The notes beneath the pieces are model-generated. The model was not told the origin of the DNA. It saw only the letters and a program-made list of their open reading frames with translations, and did no database searches. Below are positions 1 to 10,653 of a DNA stretch of 64,000 nt, in pieces. The translations under genes and the position numbers were made by a program. Source of the DNA: an uncultured Thermoleophilia bacterium (GTDB taxonomy: Bacteria > Actinomycetota > Thermoleophilia > UBA2241); NCBI GenBank assembly GCA_963702475.1, contig CAVPCT010000004.1, positions 1 to 64,000 on the forward strand, given 5' to 3'. Each line of letters begins with the position of its first letter. The stretch's first letter is position 1.

Positions 1-57
1 GCGACCCTGCGCGCGGGTTGCGGACGCTCATCGCCGGCCTCCTCTCGTCAAGCGCCC

Positions 58-1451
58 TCAGGCGCCCGCGGTCCGTTCCTTGAACCGCTCCACGCAGTTG
101 ATGGGCACGTCGAGCACGCGCGCGATGTTGAACTTGGCCTCGATCTGGTTGGCCTGCCAGGGCTGGCTGATGGCGTAGCTGTGGACGCGGCCGAAGCCGT
201 GCTCGTTGCGCACGTCGGTCATCGCGACCGGGTCCGAGAGGTCGAAGGGCGTCACGCCGAGCTTGTCGGCGACGTACTGCTTGGCCTGCTTGAGGCGCAT
301 GCCCCGAGTCATCTGCATACGGGCAACCAGGTCTCCGCCTGCCCGGATACCGCCGATGCTCGCCGCCTGCGCATGGGCGTTGTGCATGCCGTGCGGGTCG
401 CCCGAGCCGACCTACAAGCCGTCCACGTGCAGCAGCTCCACGAACGACTTGGCCGCCCGGCAGGTGGCGTCGGAGGGCAGGTGCACGAACATCGGCACGC
501 CGCCCACGCCCATGCCGGCGTTGGGGTGCACGGGGATCGTCGCCACGTCCATGCAGGGCTTGATGAGGGCGATGGCGCGGGCCATGTTCCAGGCCAGGCT
601 CTTGCCGGTGTTGATGTTCACGACGGGGCCGAACACGGTGGCGCCGGCCTTCTGTGCGAGCAGCAGCTGGTCCTTGGGCCAGAGCCCGCGAGGCGCTTGC
701 CGCCCCACTCGAGCTGGCCGTGCATGCCGAGCACGAACTCGCCGGCCATGCCGAGCTGGACGCCCATGTCCGGGTACTTCTCGCGGATGATCTTCGTGGC
801 GCGCAGCGCCGCCAGGAACTCGGGGTCGCCGGAGGCGCCGGTGGTGTCCCAGTCGATCGCGTCGGCGCCGGCCTCCCACTGCGAGTCGGCGAGGTTGACC
901 ATGTCGACGACGGCCATCTCGACGGCCTCTTCGGCGGCCGCGCGCGCCTCCGGGATCTTGCCCAGCGGCAGCAGCTCGTTCCAGTTCTCGCAGGGCCCGT
1001 CGGGCTTCGAGTAGAGGCCCAGGTTGGGCATCACGCCGTACTGCAGGGGCGCGATGGTGCAGAGCTGGGCGTCGTGCATGTACTGGGCCTCGTAGGCGAG
1101 GATCGTGCGCACGACCTTGAGCGAGTAGTCGCCGACGCAGAGCTCCAGCAGGTCGGCGCCCATCCACTGCTCGTAGCTCTGCAGGTCCTGGATGCGCGTT
1201 GCGTGCGTCTTCATGCCGGTGCCGTCGCAGCTGAGGACGATCTCCTCGCCCACGTCCACGCCGATGAAGCGCAGCGGCGAGGCGTAGATCTCCAGCAGGT
1301 GGGCCAGCTCGTCCTCCGTGAGCGGCTCGACCTTGGCGCGCTTCACGGCCGCGGCGACGCCGGCCTCGAGGTCGGCGCGGATCTCGCTGCGCGTCAGGCG
1401 CGTGAAGGTGCCGTCGCCCATGCGGGTGGGCACCCGTTGTTCCGTCGTCAT
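58..1451 (-). CDS. mtbB: Dimethylamine:corrinoid methyltransferase MtbB, pyrrolysine-containing (in-frame TAG 412-414; one probable 1-nt sequencing deletion near 686)
   Basis: Three ORF pieces join into ~464 aa: MTTEQRVPTRMGDG...GMAGEFVLGMHG...; GLWPKDQ...GPVVNINT..SLAWNMARA..PVHPNAGMGVGGVPM...HVDGL-TAG-VGSGDPHGMHNAH..GGIRAGGDLVARMQ. This matches MtbB family motifs including the VDGx-O-xGxGDP Pyl context. RBS GGGAGG lies upstream of ATG 1451. Confidence 0.9.
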
Positions 1452-1495
1452 ACACTCCCTCCCGTGAACGCGGCCGCCGCGGATGGACGGCCGGG

Positions 1496-1550
1496 CTAAT
1501 CAACCGGTCAATTAGTCGCCACTACACACCGCGGCCTCGCGCCGTGTCAA
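1496..1550 (-). promoter_or_regulatory. Putative mtbB promoter (TTGACA at 1550-1545) with downstream palindromic operator CTAATCAACCGGTCAATTAG (1496-1515)
   Basis: Exact TTGACA on the minus strand and TGTAGT 18 nt downstream. The 20-bp near-palindrome recurs at 28199 and 57995. Confidence 0.6.
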
Positions 1551-1593
1551 GCGCCATCGTCGGCAGTCGATGCTCCTGCCGCGCACCGCCAGC

Positions 1594-2136
1594 TCACTTG
1601 GCTTCGTCAGTCCGCGCCGGCGCCGGGTTCGTCGAGCCCCTCGAGCGGCCCACGTCCTCGCCCTCCCACTCGAAGTTGGTCGTGTCGGTCCGCAGGATGT
1701 GCCAGGTATCCGTATAGGCGATGCCTTCGATCGCGTCGAGGTCCTCGTTGAGGAACCGGTAGAGCGCCTCGTTGTCGGGCAGATGCACCTCGATGAGGAT
1801 GTCGAACGAGCCGGTGGTGTATCCCACGTAGGCGACGTGCTCCATCGCCGCAAGTGCCGCCCCGACTCCAGTGCCGTACCCGCGATTCACGCGGATGCCG
1901 ACCATGGCGTCGACGGGCAGGCCGATGGCCGCGGGGTTCACCCCGGTCCACGGGAGGATCGCGCCCTGCCTGATCAGACGGTCGACGCGGTTACGCACCG
2001 TGGGCTCGGACACGCCGACGACGCGGGCGATGCTCGCGTACGAACGGCGCGCGTTGGGACGGAGGAGCTTGAGGATCCGGCGGTCGAGGTCGTCCATCTC
2101 CACGGTGCCGAACGGCGCCTGCCCCCACCTGACCAT
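1594..2136 (-). CDS. Lrp/AsnC family transcriptional regulator
   Basis: MDDLDRRILKLL..NARRSYASIARVVGVSEPTVRNRVDRL HTH plus C-terminal TTGSFDILIEV ligand domain. GGAGGT RBS before ATG 2136 (alternative ATG 2097). Confidence 0.9.
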   Translation of the reverse strand: MVRWGQAPFGTVEMDDLDRRILKLLRPNARRSYASIARVVGVSEPTVRNRVDRLIRQGAILPWTGVNPAAIGLPVDAMVGIRVNRGYGTGVGAALAAMEHVAYVGYTTGSFDILIEVHLPDNEALYRFLNEDLDAIEGIAYTDTWHILRTDTTNFEWEGEDVGRSRGSTNPAPARTDEAK

Positions 2137-2365
2137 CCGCACCTCCCTCGGCGTCGCTTCGTACTTGTTGTCGTCGCATCGGCCATACGCTTGGCGGATA
2201 ATACGACGGTTCAGAACGCAGTATCGCAGATTACCTTTGCGAAACAACAGTGTAGTGACGAAACCACCTTGCGAACAGCAGAACGAACGAGTAGAGTGCC
2301 CGCGGCGCCGGCGCAGAGGGTCCGGACCGGCGCCGGTGGTCAACGACGAGCCGCGGGAGTCAGTC

Positions 2366-3814
2366 ATGAGAGCGCACACCACCTGGCTGAGCCAAGCCGA
2401 GAAGGACGCCATCGTCGCCCAGGCCCTGGACCTGCTCGCGACGGTCGGCATGAGGTTCACGGAGTCGTCCGTGCTGCCGCTGCTCGCCGAGCGCGGAGCG
2501 CAGGTCGACGCCACGGGGCTCGTGCACTTCCCGCGCGAGCTCGTGGAGTGGGCGGCCGGCCAGTGCCCCCGACGGGTCGTCATGGCCGGCCTCACCGAGA
2601 CGGACGACGTGGTGCTGGACGAGGGCGAGCCCTTCCACTTCGCCCCCAGCGGCTGCGTCGCCAAGACGCTCGACTACCGCACCGGAGAGCGCCGCGCCAG
2701 CACGCTGCAGGACGTGCGCGACTGCACGGCGCTCAACGACGAGCTCCCCGAGCTGGACATCATGTGGACCCAGGTCAGCGCGTCGGACGTGCCGCTCGAG
2801 CAGCGTGAGCTCACCGAGTACTTCACGCTGCTCACCGAGACTCGCAAGCACGTCACCTTCGTCGACTGCCCGACAGAGGTCGACGCGGTGGTGCGCCTCT
2901 GCGAGGTCCTGGCGGGCGACCTGGAGCGCTTTCGCGCCCGCCCGCGCATCTCCACCGTGGTCACGGCGGCGTCGCCGCTGCAGGTCGACGGCGGCATCCT
3001 CGACGTGCATGTCGCCCTGGCCGGGCACGGCGTACCCGTGAAGGTCTACTCGATGACCGTCGCCGGCGCCACGTCGCCGGTCACGCTGGCCGGCACCGTC
3101 GTGCAAGGCTTGGCCGAGTTCCTCGGCATCGCCACGGCGCTGCAGGTCGCGGCGCCGGGCGCCCGCCTCATCTTCTGCTTCGGGTCTGGCGTCCTCGACA
3201 TGCGCCAGACCACCTTCTCGCAGGGCTGCGTGGAGAGCGCGCTCATGGCGGCCATGGCCACCGAGGTCGGCCACCACCTGGGCGTGCCGACGCTCAACCC
3301 CGGCATGTCGACCGACGCGCGTCACGTGCACCTGCAGGGCGGCTACGAGAAGGCGATGAAGGCCGCCACCGTGTGCGCCGCGAACCCCGACATCGTCACC
3401 GGCTGGGGGCTGCTGGACTCGCACAACACCATGTCGCTGCCGCAGTCGGTGATCGACAACGAGCTGGGCGGCATGCTGCGTCGTCTCCACCGGCCCGTCG
3501 AGGTCTCCGAGGCAACGCTGGGAGGCGCCGCCATCGCGACCGCAGGTCCGGGCGGCGGCTTCCTCGGCCAGAAGGACACGGCGAGGCGCATCCGCGCCGG
3601 CGAGCACTACCTGCCGACGCTGTCGAGCCGGCTCTCCTTCGACAAGTGGGTCGAGCGGGGCGCAAATGAGTACGACGACGCGTGCGCGCGTGTGGAGGCG
3701 CTGCTCGCCGCACACGCGCTGAAAGAACCCTACCTGGACGGCGCCACGCTCGACGAGCTGGCGGCGGTCTGCCGGGTGGATGAGGACATCGTGCGGCGGG
3801 CGCGGCGCGCCTGA
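2366..3814 (+). CDS. Trimethylamine methyltransferase (MttB) superfamily protein, non-Pyl (Ser at Pyl-equivalent site)
   Basis: ASPLQ, AGATSPVTLAG, G..DMR, PGMSTDAR..GGYEK, GPGGGFL motifs. Start at ATG 2366 within ORF 1871..3814. Confidence 0.88.
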   Translation: MRAHTTWLSQAEKDAIVAQALDLLATVGMRFTESSVLPLLAERGAQVDATGLVHFPRELVEWAAGQCPRRVVMAGLTETDDVVLDEGEPFHFAPSGCVAKTLDYRTGERRASTLQDVRDCTALNDELPELDIMWTQVSASDVPLEQRELTEYFTLLTETRKHVTFVDCPTEVDAVVRLCEVLAGDLERFRARPRISTVVTAASPLQVDGGILDVHVALAGHGVPVKVYSMTVAGATSPVTLAGTVVQGLAEFLGIATALQVAAPGARLIFCFGSGVLDMRQTTFSQGCVESALMAAMATEVGHHLGVPTLNPGMSTDARHVHLQGGYEKAMKAATVCAANPDIVTGWGLLDSHNTMSLPQSVIDNELGGMLRRLHRPVEVSEATLGGAAIATAGPGGGFLGQKDTARRIRAGEHYLPTLSSRLSFDKWVERGANEYDDACARVEALLAAHALKEPYLDGATLDELAAVCRVDEDIVRRARRA

Positions 3815-3863
3815 AGGCAACGACCGGGCGCGGCTGCCGTCGCCCGTCATGGAGGAGGAAGAG

Positions 3864-4784
3864 ATGACACCCAGGATCGGCTACATAGGGCTCGGCGCCC
3901 TCGGCAGACATCTCGCCGGCAGTCTGCTCAAGGCCGGCTTCCCGCTGACCGTGTACGACATCGACAGGACGTGCGCCATCGACCTCGAGAAGAACGGGGC
4001 GGTCTGCGCCGACTCGATCGCCGAGACGGCCGAAGCCTCGGACACCGTCATCACGTGCCTGCCGTCCCCCGAGGCGGTCGCCCGGGTCATGGAGGGCGAG
4101 GACGGCGTGTTCGAGTCCCTGACCCCGGGCGGCACCTGGATCGAGATGAGCACCAACGACGCCCACGAGATCCAGCGCCTCGCGGCGCTCGGCGCGGAGC
4201 GCGGCATCGAGACGCTGGAGTCGCCCGTCACCGGAGGTGTGCACCGCGCCGCCGCAGGCATGATCACCGTGCTCGTCGGCGGCAAGCCGGAGGTGTACGA
4301 GAAGTACAAGCCGGCGTTCGACGCCATGGGCGGCAGGGTGTTCTACATCGGCGAGCTCGGCAAGGCATCGGTGATCAAGGTCATCACCAACATGCTGGCG
4401 TTCATCCACCTGGTGGCCGACGGCGAGGCGCTCATGCTCGCCAAGCAGGGCGGCATCGACCTGGGGCTGGCCTGGGAGGTCATCAAGGCGAGCTCCGGCA
4501 ACAGCTTCGTGCACGAGACCGAGGGCCAGCTGATCCTCAACGGCAGCTACAACATCAACTTCACCATGGACCTGGCCCGCAAGGACCTGCACTTCGCGCA
4601 CATGATGGGGCGCGAGTGGGGCGTGCCGCTGGACCTCGCGAGCATCACCGAACAGACCTTCGTGCGCGGCCGCGCCACCTACGGCGGCGACGCGCAATCG
4701 ACCATGATCGTCAAGCTGCTCGAGGATGCCGTGGGCACCGACCTTCGCGCCCCCGGCTTCCCCGACGAGCTCGAGCCGGAATGA
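3864..4784 (+). CDS. NAD(P)-dependent oxidoreductase, 3-hydroxyisobutyrate dehydrogenase / beta-hydroxyacid dehydrogenase family
   Basis: IGYIGLGALG Rossmann motif, ESPVTGG, catalytic KVITN, KDL. Strong RBS GGAGGAGG. Confidence 0.88.
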   Translation: MTPRIGYIGLGALGRHLAGSLLKAGFPLTVYDIDRTCAIDLEKNGAVCADSIAETAEASDTVITCLPSPEAVARVMEGEDGVFESLTPGGTWIEMSTNDAHEIQRLAALGAERGIETLESPVTGGVHRAAAGMITVLVGGKPEVYEKYKPAFDAMGGRVFYIGELGKASVIKVITNMLAFIHLVADGEALMLAKQGGIDLGLAWEVIKASSGNSFVHETEGQLILNGSYNINFTMDLARKDLHFAHMMGREWGVPLDLASITEQTFVRGRATYGGDAQSTMIVKLLEDAVGTDLRAPGFPDELEPE

Positions 4785-4855
4785 CGGGTGTCCGGAGCAG
4801 GCAGCGCAAGATTCCATCGGTGCGCCCGCTGACAGCACGATGTTCTGTCGACGGC

Positions 4856-4884
4856 TTGACCGCGTGAACTTGTGAGCGAATACT
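4856..4884 (+). promoter_or_regulatory. Putative sigma70-type promoter of the ygc-like operon (TTGACC-N17-AATACT)
   Basis: Hexamers and 17-nt spacing are visible in the intergenic region. A similar AATACT -10 occurs at 10614. Confidence 0.35.
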
Positions 4885-4944
4885 CAGGCGCGGCGCGAGG
4901 CCGGAGGGGCTGACGCGCGGAGCACACACGGAGTGGAGTGGAGC

Positions 4945-5722
4945 ATGGAGATCAGCGACTTCTCGATGGACTTCTTCTTCCTTAAGGGGAAGAACGCCAT
5001 CGTCACCGGCGGCAACACCGGACTCGGCCAGGCGTTCTCGGTGGCGCTGGCCACGGCCGGCGCGAACCTCTTCGTGCCGAGCATCATGGACGACGACGGC
5101 ACCACCGGCCCGCTCGTGGCGGAACGCGGCGGCCGCTACGAGTTCATGAAGGCCGACATCACGCAGCCCGGCGTCCCCGCCGAGATCGTCGCCGCCTGCG
5201 TCGATCGGCTCGGCTCCCTGGACATCCTCGTGAACAGCGCCGGCATCTGCCCGATGGCGCCGGTCCTCGAGTTCGGGCGCGAGCAGTGGGACGCCACCGT
5301 GGCCGTGAACCTCACGGCCGCCTTCGAGATGGGCTACGAGGCCGCCAAGACCATGATCCCGCAGCGCTCGGGCAAGATCATCAACATCTGCTCGATGTTC
5401 TCGTACCTCGGCGGCCGCTGGTCGTCGGCGTACTCCGCGACCAAGCATGGCATCGCCGGGTTCACCAAGGCCTACTGCGACGAGCTCGCCGAGCACGGCA
5501 TCCAGGTCAACGGCATCGCCCCCGGCTACTACGCCACGGAGATCACGGCCGCGACGCGCAGCGACCCGGAGCGCAACAAGCACGTGCTCGACCACATCCC
5601 GGCGGCGCGCTGGGGGGACGTGGCCGATCTCATGGGCGCCACCGTGTTCCTCGCGAGCAGGGCGTCAGACTACGTCAACGGCGCACGTCCTGGCCGTCGA
5701 CGGCGGCTACCTCGTCCGCTAG
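4945..5722 (+). CDS. ygcW: Short-chain dehydrogenase, YgcW/KduD-like (1-nt insertion near 5683)
   Basis: FSMDFF.LKGKNAIVTGGNTGLG, YSATK, GIQVNGIAPGY. The C-terminus HVLAVDGGYLVR is in the +1 frame. Closely resembles E. coli YgcW as recalled. Confidence 0.85.
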
Positions 5723-5738
5723 ACGGGCCGGCGACACG

Positions 5739-7170
5739 ATGGGCAAGTACCTCATCGGCATCGACGGCGGCACGCAGAGCTCCAAGGTCGTCATCTACGA
5801 CCTCGAGGGCAACGTCGTCTGCGAGGGCAAGCGGAACCTCCTCCCGATGGAGCACCCGCAGCCGGGCTACGCCGTCCACCCCGACGACGACCTGTGGGAG
5901 TCCATCGTCGCCGCGAGCCGCGAGGCGATGATGAAGTTCCCCGGCGACCACGCCGACATCATCGGCGTCGGCCTCTGCACGATCCGCTGCTGCAAGGCCT
6001 TCCTCAAGGCCGACGGCACGCTGCTCGAGCCGGTCATGAGCTGGATGGACACGCGCGCCTACCAGCCCTGGCTCCCCGACGACCCGGAGCTCGCCTGGGC
6101 CACCACGTCGTCCGGCTACATGACGCACCGGTTCACCGGCGAGTTCCGCGACAGCGCCGCCAACAACATCATCCTGCAGTGGCCCATCGACACCGACACG
6201 TGGCAGTGGGACCCGGCGCTGTTCGCCGCAGTTCAACATGCGCCCGGAGCTGCTCTTCGAGCTGCAGATGCCGGGCGACATCGCCGGCTACGTCACCGCC
6301 GACGCGGCGGCGGCGACCGGCATCCCGGAGGGCCTGCCGGTCGTGACCACCGCCAACGACAAGGCGGTCGAGGCGCTCGGCTCGGGCTCGCTCGACGAAC
6401 GCACGGCCCTCATCTCGCTGGGCACGTACATCGCCTCCATGGTCCACGGCCACGAGAACCGCCAGGACGCCGTGGACTTCTGGACCAACTTCGCCTGCGT
6501 GCCGCACCGCTACCTCTACGAGAGCGGCGGCGTGCGCCGCGGCATGTGGACGCTCAGCTGGTTCCTCGACCTGCTGGGGCCGGAGTTCGCCGCCGTCCGC
6601 CGCCGCGCAGGACATCTCGCGCGAGGAGTACCTCGAGCGCGAGGCCGAGCTCGTCCCGGCCGGGAGCTGCGGCCTGATGACGGTGCTGGACTGGCTGGCG
6701 CCCACCGAAAAGCCCTTCCGCAAGGGCGAGATCCTCGGCTTCGACGCGCGCCACACGAGGGCGCACGTCTACCGGTCGATCCTCGAGGCGATCGCGCTGA
6801 CGATGAAGGAGAACGTCGACGCCATGTGCTGCCGAGCTCGGCATCGACCTGCGCGAGATCGTCGTCTCCGGCGGCGGCGCTAACAGCCCGCTCTTCATGC
6901 AGATCTTCGCCGACGTGTTCGGCGTGCCCGCGTCACGCAACCTCGGCGCCAGCGGCGCAAGCCTGGGCTCGGCCATCTGCGCCGCCGTCGCCACCGGCGT
7001 GTACCCCGACTTCGCGACCGCCGCGGCGGCCATGAAGCGGGGCCGCGAGTCGTTCGACCCCGACGAGGAAGACCACCACGTCTACCGAGCTCATGAACAA
7101 GAACGTCTACCGCGCCATCCACGACGCCACGGACCCGATCCTCGAGCAGTCCTTCTCGATCTTCCACTGA
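5739..7170 (+). CDS. ygcE: FGGY-family sugar kinase, YgcE-like (four +1 frameshifts near 6226, 6596, 6830, 7086)
   Basis: MGKYLIGIDGGTQSSKVVIYDLEGNVVCEG, HPDDDLW, IRCC, DKAVEALG, GLMTVLDW, GGGANS.LFMQIFADVF. The pieces fall in successive frames. Confidence 0.82.
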
Positions 7171-7203
7171 CACGAGACCGCACGAACGCAAAGGAACACC
7201 GAC

Positions 7204-8685
7204 ATGTCACTGAGCAGAGAAGCCATCGTCGAGGGCCTGCAGCGCATCGTGGGCCAGGACAACGTGGTCACCGACCAGCGCGTGCTCGTCGAGAGCAGCG
7301 TGGACAACTTCCGCAAGCTGCAGAACATCTTCGACGTGCACACGATGCCGGTGCCGGCCGCCGTGGCCATGCCGGCGTCCGCCGAGGAGGTCGCCGAGCT
7401 CCTCACGTGGGCGAACGCCAACGGCGTGAACATCATCCCGCGCACCGGCGGCACCGCGACCGAGGGCGGTCTCGAGAGCGCCGTCCCCGACTCCGTCATC
7501 GTCGACGGCGGGCGCATGGACCGCATCATCGAGGTCGACGCCTACGACATGCAGGCCACCGCGCAGTGTGGTGTGCCGCTGCAGGAGCTCGAAGACCGCG
7601 CCCGCGAGCTGGGGCTCACCACCGGCCACTCGCCCCAGTCCAAGCCGGTCGCCCACATGGGCGGCCTCGTGGCCACGCGCAGCATCGGCCAGTTCTCGAC
7701 GCTGTACGGCGGCATCGAGGACATGGTGGTCGGGCTCGAGGCGGTCTTCCCCGACGGGGAGGTCTGCCGTATCAAGAACGTTCCGCGCCGCGCCGCCGGC
7801 CCGGACATCCGTCACATCGTGATCGGCAACGAAGGCGCACTTTGCTTCATCACCGAGGTGACCGTCAAGCTGTTCCCGTACTTCCCCGAGAACAACACGT
7901 TCCTGGGGTGGACGCTCAAGGACATGCAGACCGGTTTCGAGGTGCTGCGCGAGGTCATGGCAAACGGGTACAAGCCGTCGGTGGCGCGGGTGTACGACCC
8001 CGGCGACGCCGGCATCCACTTCAGCCACTTCGCCGCGCCGGACGACTGCGTGCTGCTGTTCATGGCCGAAGGCCCCGCCGGCATCGCCAAGGCCACGGCC
8101 GCCGGCATCCAGGAGATCGTCGACCGTCACCCCGAGTGCACGCAGGTCGACAGCCGCTACATCGAGACATGGTTCAACGACCTCTGCTGGGACGCGAGCA
8201 AGATCACGGCCGAGGACGAGCGCATCCGCCAGACGCGCAACGTGAACCGCACCACGGAGATCTCCGCGGACTGGAGCAGCATCAACGAGATCTACCAGGC
8301 GGCGAAGGCACGCATCATCGAGGAGATCCCCGACATCACCATGATGGGCGGCCACTCCTCGCACAGCTACATCAACGGCACCAACATGTACTTCAACTAC
8401 TTCTTCAACGTGGTCGGAGTCGGCCCGGAGGAGGAGACCGAGAAGTACTACCTGCCCATCATCGGCATCATCTGCGAGGAGACGCTCAAGCGCGGCGGCT
8501 CCATCGTGCACCACCACGGCATGGGCAAGGCGCGGGCGCCGTGGGTGAAGGACGAGTACGGTTCGTCGTACTCCATGCTGGAGACGCTCAAGAAGGCGTT
8601 CGACCCCAACGGGATCATGAACGTTGGGACGATCTTCCCGCTGCGAGAAGTGACGGGGCGAGAGGCCGGGGCGCTCTGCGCATAG
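7204..8685 (+). CDS. ygcU: FAD-binding oxidoreductase (VAO/alkyl-DHAP synthase-like), YgcU-like
   Basis: PRTGGTATEGG, TTGHSPQSKP, ATRSIGQFSTLYG, KNVPRRAAGPDIRH, GNEG, HHHGMG, FDPNGIMN. Confidence 0.9.
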   Translation: MSLSREAIVEGLQRIVGQDNVVTDQRVLVESSVDNFRKLQNIFDVHTMPVPAAVAMPASAEEVAELLTWANANGVNIIPRTGGTATEGGLESAVPDSVIVDGGRMDRIIEVDAYDMQATAQCGVPLQELEDRARELGLTTGHSPQSKPVAHMGGLVATRSIGQFSTLYGGIEDMVVGLEAVFPDGEVCRIKNVPRRAAGPDIRHIVIGNEGALCFITEVTVKLFPYFPENNTFLGWTLKDMQTGFEVLREVMANGYKPSVARVYDPGDAGIHFSHFAAPDDCVLLFMAEGPAGIAKATAAGIQEIVDRHPECTQVDSRYIETWFNDLCWDASKITAEDERIRQTRNVNRTTEISADWSSINEIYQAAKARIIEEIPDITMMGGHSSHSYINGTNMYFNYFFNVVGVGPEEETEKYYLPIIGIICEETLKRGGSIVHHHGMGKARAPWVKDEYGSSYSMLETLKKAFDPNGIMNVGTIFPLREVTGREAGALCA

Positions 8686-9506
8686 CCGTCGGCTTCAAGG
8701 TCACGCCTGACTACGAGGCGCTGCGGCCGGCTGACTGGACGCGGGCGGGCGGGTCAGAAGGCGCAGGCCCCGAGGTGCGGTACGTGCGCCGCGTGCTGGG
8801 CCCGTTCGACGAGGCCGCGCTGGAGCTCGCGCTGCGCCTACGCGACGCGCGCGCCGGGCGCGGCCTACGGACGCAGCTCGCCGCCTTCAGCATCGCCGGC
8901 CGCGAGGCGGACCCGTTCCTTGTCACCCTTCAGGCGCTCGGCTACGACCGCGCCTGCCGGGTCGACGCCGCCGGGCTCGACTTCGCGCAGGCGGCGACCG
9001 CACGCCTGGTCGCCGCCTGCGCGGAGCGCTCGGGGAGCGACGTGCTGCTTCTCGGCGCGCAGAGCGGCCCCGGCGACAGCGGCGTGGTGCCGTTCCTGGC
9101 GGCCGAGACGCTCGGACGGCCGTGTCTCACCCAGGTCACGGAGATCGACGCAGCGGACGACATGCGGCTGCGGGTGACGTGGACGGCAGGGCGCAGCCGC
9201 TACCGCGCCGGCGTCGCCCCGCCCTGCGTCCTGGGCGTCGGCAACGCGCTCGTCTCGATGCTGCGGGTGCCGACGCTCAGGCAACGTCTGGCGGTGCGCG
9301 AACGGACGACCGAGGTGCTGTCGCCCGCCGAGCTGGGCGTCGACCTGGCCGAGGCCCTCGCGCGCGAGCCCTCCGCGCTGCTCGACCTCGCCGTCGTCGA
9401 TCGTCGAAGAGCCGGCCGGGTCGTCGAGGGCGCGAGTCCGCAGGACAAGGCGCGCGCCCTGTACGAGACCGAGCTGCGCCCTCGACTGGAACAGCTGCAA
9501 CGATGA
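8676..9506 (+). CDS. ygcR: Electron transfer flavoprotein beta subunit, YgcR/FixA-like (probable CTG start)
   Basis: LRIAVGFKVTPD...GPFDEAALELAL...LLGAQSGPGDSGVVPFLAAE.LG.PCLTQV. This is the C-terminal part of ORF 6897..9506. Confidence 0.8.
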   Translation: MRIAVGFKVTPDYEALRPADWTRAGGSEGAGPEVRYVRRVLGPFDEAALELALRLRDARAGRGLRTQLAAFSIAGREADPFLVTLQALGYDRACRVDAAGLDFAQAATARLVAACAERSGSDVLLLGAQSGPGDSGVVPFLAAETLGRPCLTQVTEIDAADDMRLRVTWTAGRSRYRAGVAPPCVLGVGNALVSMLRVPTLRQRLAVRERTTEVLSPAELGVDLAEALAREPSALLDLAVVDRRRAGRVVEGASPQDKARALYETELRPRLEQLQR

Positions 9507-10508
9507 GCGGCGAGGGCACGTCGCGATCCGACAGTCAGCTGCGCGTGGCCGCCGTCCTCGACGGGGCGAGCCCCAGCCCTGACCGGAACGCGCGAGCACT
9601 CGCAGGCTTCATGCAAGACGGCCTTTCGGCCGGCGACGCGCGCATGGTCACCATCGTCTTCTGCGCGACCGACGCGGACCAGGAGCGTCTCGTCCAGCTC
9701 GCGCCCACGGAAACCGTCCGGCCGGTCCACGTCCCGCTCCACCGGCCGGACCTGCGAGCCGCCGCCCTGAGCGCCTTCGCTGGCCGAGGGCGGCGCCGAC
9801 CTCTTCGTGTTCCCGGGCGGACCGTCCGGCACCGAGCAGGCGGCGCGCCTGGCCGCCCGGGCCGGGGGCAGCGTGGCGACCGCGGTCCGCGAGGCGGCGG
9901 ACGGCGCCCAGGGCCTGGTCTGCAGCCGCCACGTGCATTCCGGTCACCTGGCCGGCCGCCTGGCGTTGCGCCGGCGGCCCTGGTGCCTGACCGTCGACGC
10001 GAGCTGGGAGGACGCCGGCGTCCAGCCACCCGCCACCCACCGCGTGCACACCGGCATAGAAGCGCCCGCCGATGGCGCCGAACCCCCGTTCACCGACGTC
10101 GAGGTCATAGGGGAGGCCACGGCGAGCGACCTTGAGGCGGCGCGCTTTCTCGTGATCGCCGGCCGCGGCGCAGGCCGCGATGGCGTGGAGCGCATGGCTG
10201 CGGCAGCGGCCCGCATGGGCGCCGCCTTCGGCGTGACGCGGCCGGTCGCGATGAACGGCTGGGCGCCCATGGACAGGCTCGTCGGCGTCTCGGGCGCGCG
10301 CACGGCACCGGCCATCTGCATCACGGCCGGTGCCCACGGCGCGCCGGCGCTGCTCTGGGGCATCGAACGCGCCGGCTTCATCGCAGGCGTCGATCTCGAC
10401 GAGCGCGCGCCGATCGCCGCCGAGGCAGACGCCGTCGTGCGCGACGACGGCGTCTTCGTCATCGAGGCTCTCGCGGACCTCATCGACGCGGCGGACCACT
10501 CGCCCTGA
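9503..10508 (+). CDS. ygcQ: Electron transfer flavoprotein alpha subunit, YgcQ/FixB-like (+1 frameshift near 9780)
   Basis: ATGA overlap with the beta subunit. LEAARFLVIAGRG, GVTRPVAMNGW, VGVSG, GAHGAPA..WGI, D..APIA.EAD motifs. Confidence 0.8.
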
Positions 10509-10589
10509 CCAGCGGCGTCACGCGCCCCACTCTGCAGACAATCCGCGCGCCATCACGCCATCCAGACGGAATATCATTCGCCATGTGAA

Positions 10590-10619
10590 TTGACGAACAG
10601 AACATCGGACTGAAATACT
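10590..10619 (+). promoter_or_regulatory. Putative promoter TTGACG-N18-AATACT upstream of the Lrp-panB operon
   Basis: AT-richer intergenic region containing these hexamers. Confidence 0.35.
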
Positions 10620-10653
10620 CGCGTCCGGACCTTCACCTCACCGAGGGGGACGC

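Noticed and set aside
5739-7170. Programmed frameshifting in the kinase
   Set aside because: No slippery heptamers at the breaks, and the same +1 pattern occurs across unrelated genes.
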